Assembly (NCBI RefSeq): GCF_009914755.1
Contig: NC_060930.1
Length of the DNA stretch: 64,000 bases
Source of the DNA: the human T2T-CHM13v2.0 reference genome, Homo sapiens
Direction: 5' to 3' (one strand)
Shown here in pieces: positions 30,408 to 46,369 of this stretch. The notes below the pieces were generated by a model that worked only from the letters and a program-made list of their open reading frames with translations, was not told the DNA's origin and searched no databases. Position numbers and translations under genes: made by a program. Position 1 is the first letter of the stretch. Every line of letters begins with the position of its first letter.

Positions 30408-30773
30408 TGTTAATTTGGAAGAAAATTTTCTCCAAACTTGAACTGACTCCAATGACTGGCTCTAGCACAAATATCACGAACTCTGAAATCTGAAGTTAGA
30501 TGAACATGTGATACTGAGGTTGACATTTCCGAGAGGTTTTCCATCAAATGTCCCTGACTTACCATCTCCTGCTCTTCACATGACACATGGTTTAACTTCT
30601 GCAGGACGGATTACATTCTATCCCCAGCTGGTATGCAGATATCATCTCATGGAAAGAAATTTAAAAATAATTGTAAACTCATTAGATGTGGCAGTATCTG
30701 GGTGAGGAGGAGGACACTGGAAGAGGGGAGAGTGGACATAGGAGAAGAGAGAGGGCACTTGTTCCCACTTCTA

Positions 30774-31458
<685 letters not shown>

Positions 31459-32854
31459 TTATTGACTTGGTATCAGAATCAAAAAGACTTTTAATTCATT
31501 CAGGCTTCAGTGTCCTGACCCATCAATGAATGACAGTAATGGCTGCCAAGCAAGATTTTATGAGAAAATACTGAGACAGCCTTTGTGAAAAGTTTCCCAA
31601 TATAAATTTATTTTATTATTCCCATTAATTATTATTTTTTTAAGAAACATTTTTCAGAGTCAGAGGGTATTTAATTTTTTTAAAAAAGCAAGGCACAAGA
31701 AAAATTTATGGTGAAAAATGTTTTTATGTAAAATGTTGATCTCTCCATAAAACTTTGAAACAGTGAGTATTTTAATCCTTAGTGGAGACCATTAACTGTA
31801 ACAACATCTTCCTGCACAGATAATTTTTGGTTTGGGTCTTGTGGAATAGATATCACATGGAACATCAGTTCATGGAATAAAAACCTGAACTATGAAAATA
31901 TATTTTAGTTTTTAAAAAATATTACAAAATGTTATTTATTTATTTTTTGCAGTGGGATAAACTTCATGACAGATACGGTGGTATGAGACCCCTGCTGTGA
32001 TGAAATATCAAACATTTTAACATTTTGGCTTTATTTGAATTTGGTTTTATTTTCATAGCATGTATTCAACTCCCAAAAGTAATATCACCTCATTTCATGT
32101 TTGCTTCTACAACTCACAAGCAAAGATTATCATGTACATGCAAATTTATATAAATCAAGGTCATTGGGAATCAAAACTTTTTCTACTTTTATCACTAGAT
32201 TGGAGCTGTTGTAGCTATATTCTGGTAGTGGATTTGGATAATTTTCAAGTTTTAGGTTTTGCTAACAAGTGTTCTTAAAGCAAACAAACCAAAATCCTCT
32301 GAATAAATTCAGTGCCTCCCAGACCATTGCCTCTAGGCAGGCAAATCTGGTTCACTGGGGACAACTCATTAAGTGACAAGTGAATCTGGACGCACAATCT
32401 ATATAACTAGACTGAATATAACAGTACTCAAATATTAATGGAGTAAATGTTAAAACATTCCTTTTCAACAAGAATGACTAAATCTCAGAAACATATTACA
32501 AATAAATAGCCAGGGCTTAATTTCTTTAAAATCCTTATGCAGATATTTTTCCAGAAGACATACAACCTGCTTAATGTTCAACTCACTAGAGAGATTAGTG
32601 TCTAACTTGTCAACAAAAACACAGACACACAAGCACACGCACAAAGAAAGTACTGCAGTTGTCACCCTTTGTTATTTACTCAGCCAGTTGAAGCAGAAGA
32701 CAGTTAACTGCAGGGCACTTTGCTGGATTTAATCAAGCTTCCTCAAGAAGATGCCATAGTATGGTCCTTACTTTGAAGAGCCTGAAAGCAGTGAAAACTC
32801 TACTTCATACTGCCATCTGCCAAGGTGCAAATCTCATTTGAGAATAGTAGGGTT

Positions 32855-33149
32855 GGCCGGGGGGCAGTGGCTCACACCTGTAATCCCAGCACTTTGGGAG
32901 GTAGAGGATGGGGATTAATTGAGCCCAGGAGTTTGAGACCAGCTTGGGCAACATGGTGAGACCCCATCTGTACAAAAAATACAAAAATTAGCCAGGCGAG
33001 GGGGAATACACCTGTAAACCCAACTACTCAGGAGGCTGAGGCGGCAGGATCACTTGAGCCCGGCAGGCGGAGGATGCAGTGAGCCGAGATCGTGCCACTG
33101 CACTCCAGCCTGGGTGACAGCATGACACCCTGTCTCAGAAAAAAAAAAA
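32855..33149 (+). mobile_element. AluJ
   Basis: ttgagcccaggagtttgagacc; TSD-like agtagggt. Confidence 0.94.
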
Positions 33150-33918
33150 GTAGGGTAACTATTCTTATGTTAGGGACAAAGATTGTCAATTTCACTATCT
33201 CTATTGTTATGAGTAAACACAGTTTCACCATCATAAAAAGTGACGCAGCAACATATGAACAAAACCTGGTAAAAAGAACATGGGAAGATGAAAAACAACA
33301 GTTGGTGTTTGAGTAATGGGATTGGGAGTGAATTTTGTTTTTTTAATTTTTTAATGATTTTTGATGTTATTTGTATCTTCAAACTTCTGGTTGATTAACA
33401 CATGCTCATTCATGGATAATTTTTAGTTATGTGAGCATGAACTAGCTTTGTTTATTTTTGTACTAACTATGAAAGAGATGTTAATAGAAATTATAGATTT
33501 CAAAACCATTTTGTTGGGGAGGGGAGGTGGTTTGCTTAATCTGAGAACAAATTATTTTTAAGCATTACCTTCATCCATTTCCATGTAAGACTCATGGTAG
33601 GAATATACAATCTAAATTCTTTGCTATAGCACATTTATCAGGACCGAAGATGACAGTTGTGTTTTAATCATAAGATCACATTATTATAAGTACTTGAAAA
33701 TGGCATATTTGATTTTCTTTAAGAATCTCCTTTAATTGAAGATTATTTTAATAGCCTGATATCAAATAACTTATTGTACCAATTCTAGGCATTCACCTTC
33801 TTCCTCCTTGCCCTCCACCCTTGCCCCAATCTAGCATTGCTGGAGCAGTCTTCCTAAAGCCTAGCTTCCTCATGGCACTCCCCTGCTAATACTTCAGTGG
33901 CCCTCCAGTGCCACGTGA

Positions 33919-34290
<372 letters not shown>

Positions 34291-36718
34291 TAACTACACA
34301 ATCTTCTCTTTTAAATCCTCAACACAAAACTTCCATTTCTCCTCCTGAAAAACCTTCCCTCTCTTTTCAAAATCTAAATTTTATCTTGCCTTCCAGTTTG
34401 ATTTCTGTACCATCCAACATAAGAAACCTTCCTGAGAATCACAGCACAATTTGGTAGCTCTTATTTATGAATTTCCATAAAAACTTATTACATATACTTC
34501 TAGCATCACACCAGCATAAATAACATTAATTTAAAATTCTAAAGATATTATTTTTTAACTAGATTAATGTCCCTTACAACGGCTACCTTTTATTATATTT
34601 ACTTCGTATGTTTTCTAGCACCTATTTATTATACAGCCAAGAACTGTTAAATTGTGGTGGCATGGCCTGGAGTAGACACTCAATGAATACTTGTTGAATA
34701 AATAAGGGTAGATAGAACTGTACCCATCCAGCAAGCAAGACGCTGGTTCCAACATTGCTCTGTTTTAATCAGAGTGATAGTGGCCAAGGCAGTTAATATT
34801 TTTGGTCCCCCATTTTCTCATCTATGAAAGGAGCTAGTAAAAGAGTTGATGTTTTAATTTAGGCTTGTCCTCTATATCTCTATATCTAAATTAAATATCT
34901 GTCTCACTCCATCACCAAGCCTTCCCTTGAGAATCCTTGTCAGTGTTGATCTGAGAAGTTCCTTTCAGCAACCCCTCACCAGCATTCACAGGGGAACCTG
35001 CTAAGATAACTGACTTCCTGTTACTCTTTCGTTTCAGCCTTTGTCCTATGTCTGGAGACTTCTTGGAAGCTGGAGCACACAAATAGCTACAGCAAACTTG
35101 AGGAATGGGCATGAATAGACTGGCTTCGGGGAACCTGCCAGCTTGGCCGTGTGGCCAAGGTAATAGGCAAGCCAAGGCAGAGCTAGAGCTCAGAGCTGGA
35201 GGGGAAATTAAAGCAGCAAATGTAGAAACATTAAGCCTGAAGAGGCGACGACGTTGAATTCTAAAATGCAGGCCAAAGCTCAGACTGCAAGCTGTCTGGC
35301 TGCTCCGGGTGTGCCCAGAAGTCAAAGTCCAGCAGGGGCAAAGGTGGAGGTGTGGTCCTGCACGTGGGGTGTTGGGGGGATGTGGAAGAGGAGGTGCTTT
35401 AAGATCCAGAGATTCCAGCTGCCCTGGTGCACCCTTGGAAGAATAAAAGGCTAGGAACTGGACAAGTCAGGCTCGAGTCCAAGCTGCCTGAGGAATCGGG
35501 GAAAGAATGGAGCTCAGAGTGGGAGGTCAGGGCAGTATTTAAAAATCCAGGATAGCAGCAAAGCTGGCGGTGGCCCCTGACTCTGGTAAGGGCAGCCTGC
35601 AGCACCATGCCAAGGGGGGCCTGACTGATCATGCCCTGCATTTGCAAACAAGGATTAGTAGGGTATGAGTAGGATTCTGCTGGTGCCTGGGAAGGCAGTG
35701 CCATCTACATCTTTACAAAGTTTTAACAAAGGCCTGAAGGACACAACCTTCCCCAAAGTCCTGACGTCGCTGTTTGCTGGCAACAAATAGAGTCAAAAGA
35801 AGAGAGGCACAGAATGTGCCAGGGGTGTGCTGCGTACAGCCCCGATGACCACAAGGCCTTCTTGGGTCAAGTTCTGCCATCTCTGGTTAAGATGGGCTCA
35901 CCCTCTAGGACCCTGATTGAGTCCTCGGACCACCAAGAGTGCCCCACCAAGAGCCTCCCTCTTCTGGTGACTCGTGCCTGCTTCCCGTGGAGAGCTCCAG
36001 AAGGGAGGAAACTGTGAGGAGGTGGAGAACGTGGCAGGGATCCTAACTTTCTTACTGAAGGAAGTTCTTCACAAGTACCCATCTGCCTTCAGGGAAGAAA
36101 ACATAACTCATTTTGGTCTTTCAAATTCAGTTCTCAAAACCAAATCCTGTTGTCAGCAATCTGTGTCCCAACGCCTTCTTCAGCAACAGCATTTTCCCTG
36201 TGGAATTAGTTTCCAATGTTCTTTCTTAAATAAACCACTGAAGATTAAAAGGAATCCAGATACCCACCACATTTTGTTTCCTTAATGAGTAATTATCACA
36301 TTTCTTTGGCTACTTAAATGCATTCTCTGAGTCAGGTAAAGGAGATCGTAATAGTTAATCAACAAGAAGTAATTCTTGGGTACTTAACAATAGTCTAAGC
36401 ACTTAATCATACTTAAAATTGACTCTTAATGAACCTTATAAACCATTTTGCAATTCTGAAAGTGAATTTCTCTGCAGGCTTAGAGATTACTAAGCCATTT
36501 AGATCTTACCAAACAAATATTATTCATGCTTTAATTCCTGGGAAAAGAAATTTAGAAAATGAGGTTAATGTTCAGTTGTCCTTTCCTGAGTTTAACAATT
36601 ATATATTCCATCTGGGATGCTCTGAACTCAGGTTAAACATTCTTCAAGTTATTCCCACATTTTTCAAGTTATTCCCACGTTAGTGACCTACTTTATTAGT
36701 ATTATTACTAAAGAAAAG

Positions 36719-37030
36719 GGCTGGGTGCGGTGGCCCACATCTGTAATCCCAGCACTTTGGGAGGCTGAAGCAGGAGGATCACTTGAGCTTGGGAGTTCAA
36801 GACCAGCCTGAGAGGGAGACTCCGTCTCTACAAAAAAAAAAAAATTAGCCAGGTATGGTGGCACGCGCTCATGGGCCCAGCTACTCAAGGAGGCTGAGGT
36901 GGGAGGATCACGTGAACCTGGGAGGCAGAGCCTGCAGTGAGCCCTGGTTGTGCCTCTGTACTCAAGCCTGAGAGACAGAGTGAGACCCTGTCTCCAAACA
37001 ATAAAGTAAAATAAATAAATAAATAAATAA
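36719..37030 (+). mobile_element. AluJ
   Basis: Dimer with (TAAA)n tail. Confidence 0.94.
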
Positions 37031-37413
37031 GAATGCAAATCAAAGACATTAAGAAATAGCTTTACTTTAATGTAGGCATTTAAGGTAAAATAGGTCACAT
37101 TCTCTTTTTTAAAAAAATTACTGACCCACAGAAAAACAAGTCAAAAAGCAGACTATTTCATATTAGTGTCTTTTTTTTAAAGAGGATTAATATAAATTGC
37201 CTTCTCACCTGTTTTTAAAATAAAGGACTGAATGATAGAACTTAGACAACAAATCTAGTAGCATGATAAAAGCCTTTCTTTGATAGCTAGAAAAGGTAAA
37301 CAAAGAATAAAACAGGGTGAAGAAGAAAGAGGACAGATAGAATGTGAATATTATCTACCTTTTTCTCAAGATAAAACTAATATTGCTTTCTAAAAAGAAG
37401 CAATTCTTTAGAG

Positions 37414-37623
37414 CAGAGGTCAGCAAACTTTTTCTATAAAGAGCCAGATATTAACTATTTTATAATTTGCAAACCACATAAGTCCTCTGTTTCATATGGG
37501 TTTTTTTCTTTTTTCTTTTTAAACAATACTTTAAAAATGCTGAAAATATTCTTAGCTTACATCTACAAAAAAGCAGGCAGTGGGCTGATTTGACTCACAG
37601 GTGGTATAGCTTGCTAATTCCTG
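37414..37623. mobile_element. MER58-type hAT MITE
   Basis: TIRs cagaggtcagcaaac / gcttgctaattcctg; 8-bp TSD ctttagag/ctttagat. Confidence 0.85.
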
Positions 37624-38179
37624 CTTTAGATTTTAAGAATGAGGCAGATGTTGCCAGAATTTGCTCTAATTTACTATGAGGTTTGCAAATAAAAGTGCTC
37701 TTGACATGAAAACTTGCTATTTTTAATGGAAAGACATGTACAGCCCTTTCTCAGGAAGTGGAGATTAATGCATAAAATTTTATTTTCCTAACATAAAGCA
37801 TGTTTTTTCAAAAAATGGCTTCTCCATCTTGTGGCCCTTTGATTATGATAGCTCTGAAAGCTTTGAAAAGCTTGCAAATACTCAACTTCAGGAATAAAAC
37901 CACCTATGAGACCCTCACCTGAAGGCAGGATCTTTCCTGCAGCCTTGAGTCTTCCTAATCAGAACCATTGTTTCGTAAACTGGACTCCGAAGACAACACT
38001 TAAAGTCACTCAAGTTCGCTACAAAATTCTTGTTTTGTGTTTTCATTTCTAAAGACAATAAAAATAATTGATATGATCAAGTTTGGGATTATCTAGATGA
38101 TCTAGACAACTATTGCGGTCAAAATAGGCCTGATCACAGGCATTTTCAGTACCCATGGAATTCTAGAGCTTTGGATACT

Positions 38180-38456
38180 TGTCTAGTCTGTTTGGGTCAC
38201 TATAACAAAATGCCATAAACTGGGTGCTTATAAAGAACAGAATTTTATTTCCCACAGTTCTGCAGGCTGGGAAGTCCAAAATCGAGGCAGATTTGATGTC
38301 CTCAAGTGATGGAAGAATCAAGAGGTCTCTCTGGGGGCTCTTTTATAAGGGCACTAACCCCATTCATGAGAGCAGAGCCTAATTACCTCCCTAAGGCCCC
38401 AACTCCTAATACTATCACCTTGAGGGTGAGGAGGGAAACATAAAAATACCATAGTA
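38180..38456 (-). mobile_element. MaLR LTR (MLT1A/MSTD-like)
   Basis: tataacaaaatgccataaactggg...cacagttctgcaggctgggaagtccaa...cccattcatgag. Confidence 0.85.
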
Positions 38457-39636
38457 ATACTAATAGGTACATCAGTGAAGAACAATATCACAGTATCGTG
38501 TAGACAGGAAGATTTTGCTGCAATTTGGTTGTTAAAACAAAAAGTCGTGGGTGGATACAATCATCAGACAGTTCAGTAGTGGCATCCACGTACTCACCCA
38601 AAGGAGGTGCACTGCAGTTGTGGGAGCCCTGTGCTTGCTACTAGCAGTGACTTAATTTCTGCAAAGCTATGTGATCACATTCAACTATGCTAGTTAACTT
38701 TAATTTTACTGAATTTGGTTTAGGTAGGTAGTTTGTAAATTTAACTTTCTACTTGTATAAGAAGTATAATTATAAAAACAGCAGGTCAGCACGACAGGTC
38801 TGAGAGAATCTGTATTCTGTAAAAAAATACCTATTTCTTACTTGGCGAAAAACATTAGTCAATGTTGCACCAAAAACCCCCCAAAAGCTATAGATCAGAT
38901 ATTGACTAAAATGAATATACAAAAATCTTGACTGGAAATATTTTAAGTCAAAACTAACAGCCTATTTCAGGTATTGACAGAACAAATTCCAGAAGCAGAA
39001 TAACTGAAACAATCATGTTGAAATTAATTATAATGGGCAGAATTTGACTGAAACTTGTTACCACCTTCACCAAAATATAGCCTTTCTTATACTATCAAAT
39101 GTATTGAATAAATTGTGAGCACTTTCTTGTACAACTTCTAAAAATTTAGCTTTGCTTTTGTTATCTGAATATTGTACAGGAATATGAGCATGCAAATAAG
39201 ATCTTTGTTTAGTTTCAAGTCTTTTTATAACTAAATCTGCTGGCATTAGACAATAAATACATTTTCAAAATACGAATAGTCTCTCATTTGATTCAAATTA
39301 GATGAGTTGTTTTGCATGTTTCTTATCAATTATGCAATTATTGTCTTAGTTTAAATATAATCTAATAGCTGACGCTGCATTCATATGCTATGCTGGATTC
39401 CTAGCTAAAATGAAATCAGTATGCTAGTAAAATATTTTTCATACATGTTATTTGGAACTTTGCTTCTCAATTCTATAACAAGAATTCCCTTTGGTATCTG
39501 TATTTTTTTTCCCTTGTGTGTTAATATGCATATAATCTTTCTTTGTTTACCTACCTTTTTAAGGTAGGTTAAAGGGATAAAAGCAGTAACTCATATGTTT
39601 TGGTCTCAGGCCACCTTTACACTTTTAAGAATTGTT

Positions 39637-39951
<315 letters not shown>

Positions 39952-40982
39952 TCAAAGAGGTTTCACTTACATGGATTAGGTCTATTGCTATTTACCATAA
40001 TATAAATTAAAACTGAAAAGTTTACAAATATTTTAATGCATTTAAAATAATAATAAAACTCATTACATGTCAACATAAATAACACATTTTCTGAAAAGTA
40101 ATTATATTTTCCAAAGCAAAAATAGAAATATGCTTTTATTTTACATTTTTGCAGATCTCTTTTATACCTGGCTTAAAAGAAGATAGCCAGATTTTAATTT
40201 CTCTTTCTGCGCTCAATTTATTGTATTATTTTGCTTTGGTTTAAGTATATGGAGAAAATCTTGTTTCACACAAATGTGTAGATGGAAAAGAAAACAGTAT
40301 TTAACAGCATTTTCAAATAATTAATTATGGATGTTCTTTGATACTATACTAAAACTCAGCAAGTGATAGCTTCTTACAGGTTTGTTACAACATGATATCT
40401 GAAACTGTATCAATAAAAATTTCATACTCTGTTACATCAAAATTCACTGGTCTAAAAAAATTCATTGATCTATTTGGTGCTTGAGACAGACATTTGACTC
40501 ATGACTTTTGTAATATTAAGTATTGGTCATCTGGAAAATTTGGTTCCATAAGATATGCAGATCTTGTTAATGTTGATCTATGTCACTATGCAATATCAAA
40601 AATCACATCTGTTAATATCATCACCGATCTCACCAGAACAACAACAAAAAAGTGTTGAAGTTTTCAAAGCTGTCAAGTTCGTTATGGCAGCTACAAGTTT
40701 TCCAAATTCTAATTTTCACTTGAAAGCTCAGATTTCATTATTCCCAACAAATACTGCCAAATCTTTTTTTAAAATGACAGACCCACTTTGTTCATTTTTT
40801 AAAAAAATGTCTGTCAATACCAATGTTTGAAGAACTACAGTTTTCTGTCAGTTGTTCTTTCAAATAAAAATAGTATTTCATGAAAAAAGTGGCTGGTTCA
40901 GCCCACCACTCAGTTGCATAAGTGCTTTTCCTTGAGACAACCACCGTACTTCAGTAGGCAGCAGAGGGGCTTTCTGTGTACT

Positions 40983-41414
40983 TGACATAGTTTGGATGTG
41001 TGTCCCTGCCCAAATCTCATATTGAAATGTAATCCCCAGTGTTAGAGGTGGGGCCTGGTGGGAGGTGATTGGATCATGGAGGAGGTTTCTCATGAATGGT
41101 TTAGCACCATCCTCTTGGTACTGTCCTCACAATAGTGAGTTCTTGTGAGGTCTGTTCATTTAAAAATATGTAGCACCTCCCCCCTTGCTCTCTCGCTCCT
41201 GCTCTGGCCATGTGACGCGCCTGCCCCACCTTTGCCTTGCGTGGTGCCATGACTGTAAATTTCCTGAGGCCTCCCAAGCAGAGCAGATGCCAGCATCATG
41301 CTTCCTGTACAGCCTGCAGAACCATGAGCCAATTAAATTTATTAAACCTCTTTTCTTTAAAAATTTCCCAGTCTCAGGTATGTCTTTATAGTAATGAAAG
41401 AATGGACTAATACA
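40983..41414 (+). mobile_element. MSTB-type solo LTR
   Basis: tgacatagtttggatgtgtgtccctgcccaaatctcat...aatggactaataca; perfect 5-bp TSD gtact. Confidence 0.92.
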
Positions 41415-42622
41415 GTACTCCTCATTATACCACAAGAACATTATTTTAAAGATCGAGATGTAATAAAATTTTTATTGCTTCATCTAGGACATTCTTCAGT
41501 GAAGCTAGCCTTTTTTTTTTTTTCAAATATGAATAGGTGGTGCAATGACTAACTACTATAGTTAGGTGCCACTGTTTTGAGTCAGAGCAAGGCACCCACC
41601 ATTACCTTTTTACCAACCTCAGTGAAAATGTCGAACAATGAAAAAAGGAACGTATACTATATGAAAATACTTTTCACCTCTCAGACCTTCTGAAAGGATC
41701 CTGGGGACTTTTAAGGGTCTGCAGACCACATTTTGAGAATGGCTACTTTTTACTAAGGGGAAATAAAAATCAAAAATTAGGAAGCAGAGAAAATAAAAAC
41801 TAGAAAAAAAATTGAAATACTACAAACTCTTGAAATTCCTTCTCAGATATTTCTGCAAACACTTGAAATTTATTTCTTTTCAGGTATTTCATTAATTCAT
41901 TCATGTAACAGAAATTAATATTATTATTTTTCTTACATAGAGTTGTCTAGCATATCTCCTTAAAAATGTAGGAATACTTATTTTCTACTTTTCTTATTAT
42001 TGGAGCTTAAGCTAGAAAAGTTCCAAGACAACCTATTAAGTCCCACTTCCTAAACTTTTATGTAACCTAACATCTTATATAGAAAAAAACATACAGATAT
42101 ACAGATAAGCTATTTTAGATCATCGTTTATGTGGCCTTTTTGTTTGCTGGAAAGAGACTTACTCATGCTACCTCAAGAGATGAAGCCAGAGTGTTATGCC
42201 CTGTGGAATAACACCTGTGGAAATAAAGTAAGAAAGAATTTTGTACTAGATTTCCTCTTCTAAAGCTTACAATCTAAACCAGAGTCCAGAAAAAGGCTCA
42301 CAACAAGGAATCACAAAACCGTAGCTTCCCATGGAGACTAGAACTCAATTTATGTTCTGAAAAGTGATTCAGGATTCCACACAGTTCTAATGACTGGTTG
42401 TTCCCTTTCCAGCTTCTTGAGTATTCTGTCTGCCTTCGCATCTCTCTGTGTGCCTATATTCTTCTGCTACCATATAGCTCATTTTTACTAGGTAACTTTG
42501 AAGTCTCAAGAGAGAGGATTGGGTTGGTCAACTTAATCACCATGATTCATAAAGGGCAGAGCTTCTGGCGTCAGACCACCTCACAGGCTGTTGGTCTGAC
42601 CAGTTTAGCTGCCTTTGGGTTA

Positions 42623-42985
<363 letters not shown>

Positions 42986-43184
42986 TCAGCAGGGGCTGTG
43001 AATACAGTGTTTCTCTCTGGAAAAGACTGCAGGCATGGCAGCCATCTTAAGGCCTGGTGTCCTATAGATTGATCATTTTAACACAGTGTAAGCTTCAGGT
43101 GACCTTAGGCAAAGGGATGAGGAAACCCTCTACCTCCCTTTTGGAGAAGATTTCTCTTTTAATGCTTCCCTTCTTACCATTCTT

Positions 43185-43561
43185 TATATTAGTCGGCTTA
43201 GGCTGCCATTAACAAAACACCATAGACTGGGTGGCTTAAACAACAGAAATTTATTTCTCCCAGTTTTGGAAGCTGGGAAGTCCAAGGTCAAGGTGCCATC
43301 TGATTCAGTTCCCCAGTGAGGGCTCTCTTCCTGGCTTTCAGACAGCCAATTTCTTGCTGTGTCCTCACATGACCGCAAGAGAGAGGAAGCAGGCTCTCTG
43401 GTGTCTCTTCCTATAACCACTAATCCATCACGAGGGCCCTCAAGATCTCATCTAAACCTAACCTCCCCAGAGACTCCATCTCCAGACACAATCACATTGA
43501 GTGGAAGAGATTCAGCATATTAATTTTTGGGGGAGGGGATAACACAATGTAGTTCATAGCA
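43185..43561 (-). mobile_element. MLT1A0-type solo LTR
   Basis: catagactgggtggcttaaacaacagaaatttatttctc...gtccaaggtcaaggtgcca. Confidence 0.9.
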
Positions 43562-44382
43562 TTCTTCTTCCATTCTAATTCATCTTCCTCATGTTGGGTG
43601 CCCTGAACAGAGTTCCAGATGCCAGACCCCCACTCTTGTCATCCTAACTTTACAGCATACTTGTCTTCTGACTGATTTGCCCAGAATCCTGCTTTCTGTG
43701 ATGGAAACTAATGAATTGTGACCCTATCTATGAAAGTGTTATCAACAGAAGCTCGTGGGAGCATGAGGTCCTCTCTTGTGTGCATGCTGGATATTCCTGT
43801 GGCTGGTGGCAGGCCAATACAGGAGAACCTGACAACAGGAAACCTTGAAATGAGATTGGCATGCTGGGCAGTGAGAAGGAGAGCTTCAAATAATAAACAT
43901 CTTAGTGTACCTTAGTATAGTACTCTATACTCTACCTAAGCATAGAGTAGGCCCAGGCTGGGCCCTGGAAAACCTAAGAAAAAGTTAATAGAAAACTAAA
44001 AAATTATTTGCATCATCACACCTAGAAACAACTAGAAAACTAGTAACTTTTCATGGTCCATTATAGTCCTTAAGTCAATAATTATTGACTTGTTCTCATA
44101 CATGATTACATATTCAAAACCAATCCAATGGACATCTCACTTGTAGAGTCATTATTTTCTTCTCTCACCTATTTTAAATGACATGCAATTAAGGTAAAGA
44201 ATTGCTTCATTGATCTAGCATTTAATAGAACCAATCAATGAAAAGTTAAATGCTAATGGAAAAGAGACCAAATATTTAGTGATAGAGAATGATTTTTCAG
44301 ATGCATACATCGCACGTCACACTCATGCTCATGCAGTGGATAACCCAAGCTCTACTGAAACTTAGTATGATGATCATGTTAA

Positions 44383-44585
<203 letters not shown>

Positions 44586-46369
44586 TAGATCCTTAATTTA
44601 CACACTTGCCTTCAAAATTTAAAGTTACTGTAAGCAGAATAAGAGTTCGCCCTGTGCATTGTTTGCAGAATGAGCGAGATCCAGGGGAATCCTTTTTTAT
44701 GTGATAAAGGAAGCTGGTATGCTGTCACACACAGCAGTGAGCAAATTTCCCTCAAGTTCCCATTGCCTCTGTAATATTCAGAGAAACTCAGAAGACAAAG
44801 AATATATTTCAAACTGTTAATGGAGCCCTCAGCACTGCCTTGTGCTTTTTTTAAGCAAAATTATAGATTCACTCACAAAGAACTGTAAACATTTCATCTA
44901 TGTTTAATTTTTAAAAGTGGTAGATAAGATTATGGCTGTGTATTATACAAACTGCGGCTTGACTGTCACATCCACCAGTCATGGAAACTTCTATAGGTTC
45001 TTATGATCTCTCTGGGCCTTGGTGTCTTCACGGATGTCCAATTGGGTTAATACACATCTGCTCCGGCTGTTATGGAATTAGAAATAATAGTGTATGTAGG
45101 GGCCCTGCACATGGCCAGCACTCCTTGTATTGTTATTTAGAGAAGTGCTGTGCAAACTGTTTACATTGAAAGGACAGTCACATTCTGAGTTTGATGTTGC
45201 TTAAAGGCCTTCTTTCCTGCTGGTGGCTGACTTTCCCTTTTCTTATTGTTCTAAGAATACTTCTCCATTTGGGCCATGTAAATAGTAACAATTGTTTGGT
45301 TGTTCCATCAGAAGGGAGAAGCCTTCCTGGAGCCTGGCTGGCAGAGCCCCAGTCTGATCCGTCTAGCAGTCATGGAGCTGGAGACAGGCGCAGTGCTCTT
45401 ACTTCCTCCTCGAGGAAAAGAACCCCACCAAAATAGATCCTCATCATCTTGCAAACACCACCCAGAATAAATACACAGGAAATGAGGGCAAAATCCCACT
45501 GTGGTGGTTATTAAGGCAAATTCTTCCCAAAATATAAAGCTTTTCAGTGTGTAGGAGGGAGTACAGTAGTGGATATTACAGTGCATGAATCATTGTGGTG
45601 CTAATTCCAGATTATAAATTGAGTAATATACTATATGCCAAATGGTTCTATTTAGATTGATTAATATTTTATCCAGAGAAGTCTTTCTACATAGCTGCAT
45701 TTACAAACAAAGATAAATTAGTCAAAAAGCATAAGAACCAAATTGTCCATGGAGTTTAGTGGAAAATTAGTTAGTATCTTGGCATTAAACAAATAATAAA
45801 CTTCAGCTCTTTTCACATCCATAATGAAGCTTGGAATAAAAAAATACGATGCTGTCTAAACCTTTATAACCCTTAAAAATTAAAGCTAGATGCAAATTAG
45901 AAATAAAGATGGGGGACAGGGGACCCCCACCAAAGAAAAACACAGCACTAGAAGACCAGCTACTTGAGCATTAAGATTACAAAATTGCATTAAATTATTG
46001 TTAAACCAAATTATTTCTATTCAAGCAAAATAGTGATCTTCATTAATCATAAAATTTACTGTGCTTTCTCCCTTAATTTTCTGATTTTCCTATTGTTCAG
46101 ACAATGACTAAAGTTGAAGAAAATGCTAATTCGAATCCAAAATTATGGCCAACTCATTAATAATATTATTTGACAAAATTTGAAGGATGTCAGCTTGTAT
46201 AACTTCTCAGACATGAAAAGCTTCATTTACTTAAAAAATTGTAATGCTTCTTAATTCATAAGAAAATCAGCTTATAAGAAGGCAGCACCCTGGCCTAGTG
46301 GAAAATTAGAAATATCTAGAGAAGAAAGGTGTCTCGTGAGCTTTATAGTCCTGTTTCAGAAATGGAAAA

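Noticed and set aside
34912-36285. Cluster of 66-137 aa ORFs in the GC-rich island
   Set aside because: No recognisable domain, overlapping on both strands, expected by chance at higher GC
43910-43950. Short hairpins (agtatag/ctatact, tactctat/atagagta); similar at 50251-50280
   Set aside because: Stems of 8 bp or less are expected by chance and too short for a pre-miRNA
45310-45436. Possible terminal coding exon (EGRSLPGAW...RKRTPPK*)
   Set aside because: Weak acceptor, unrecognised peptide, no upstream exons
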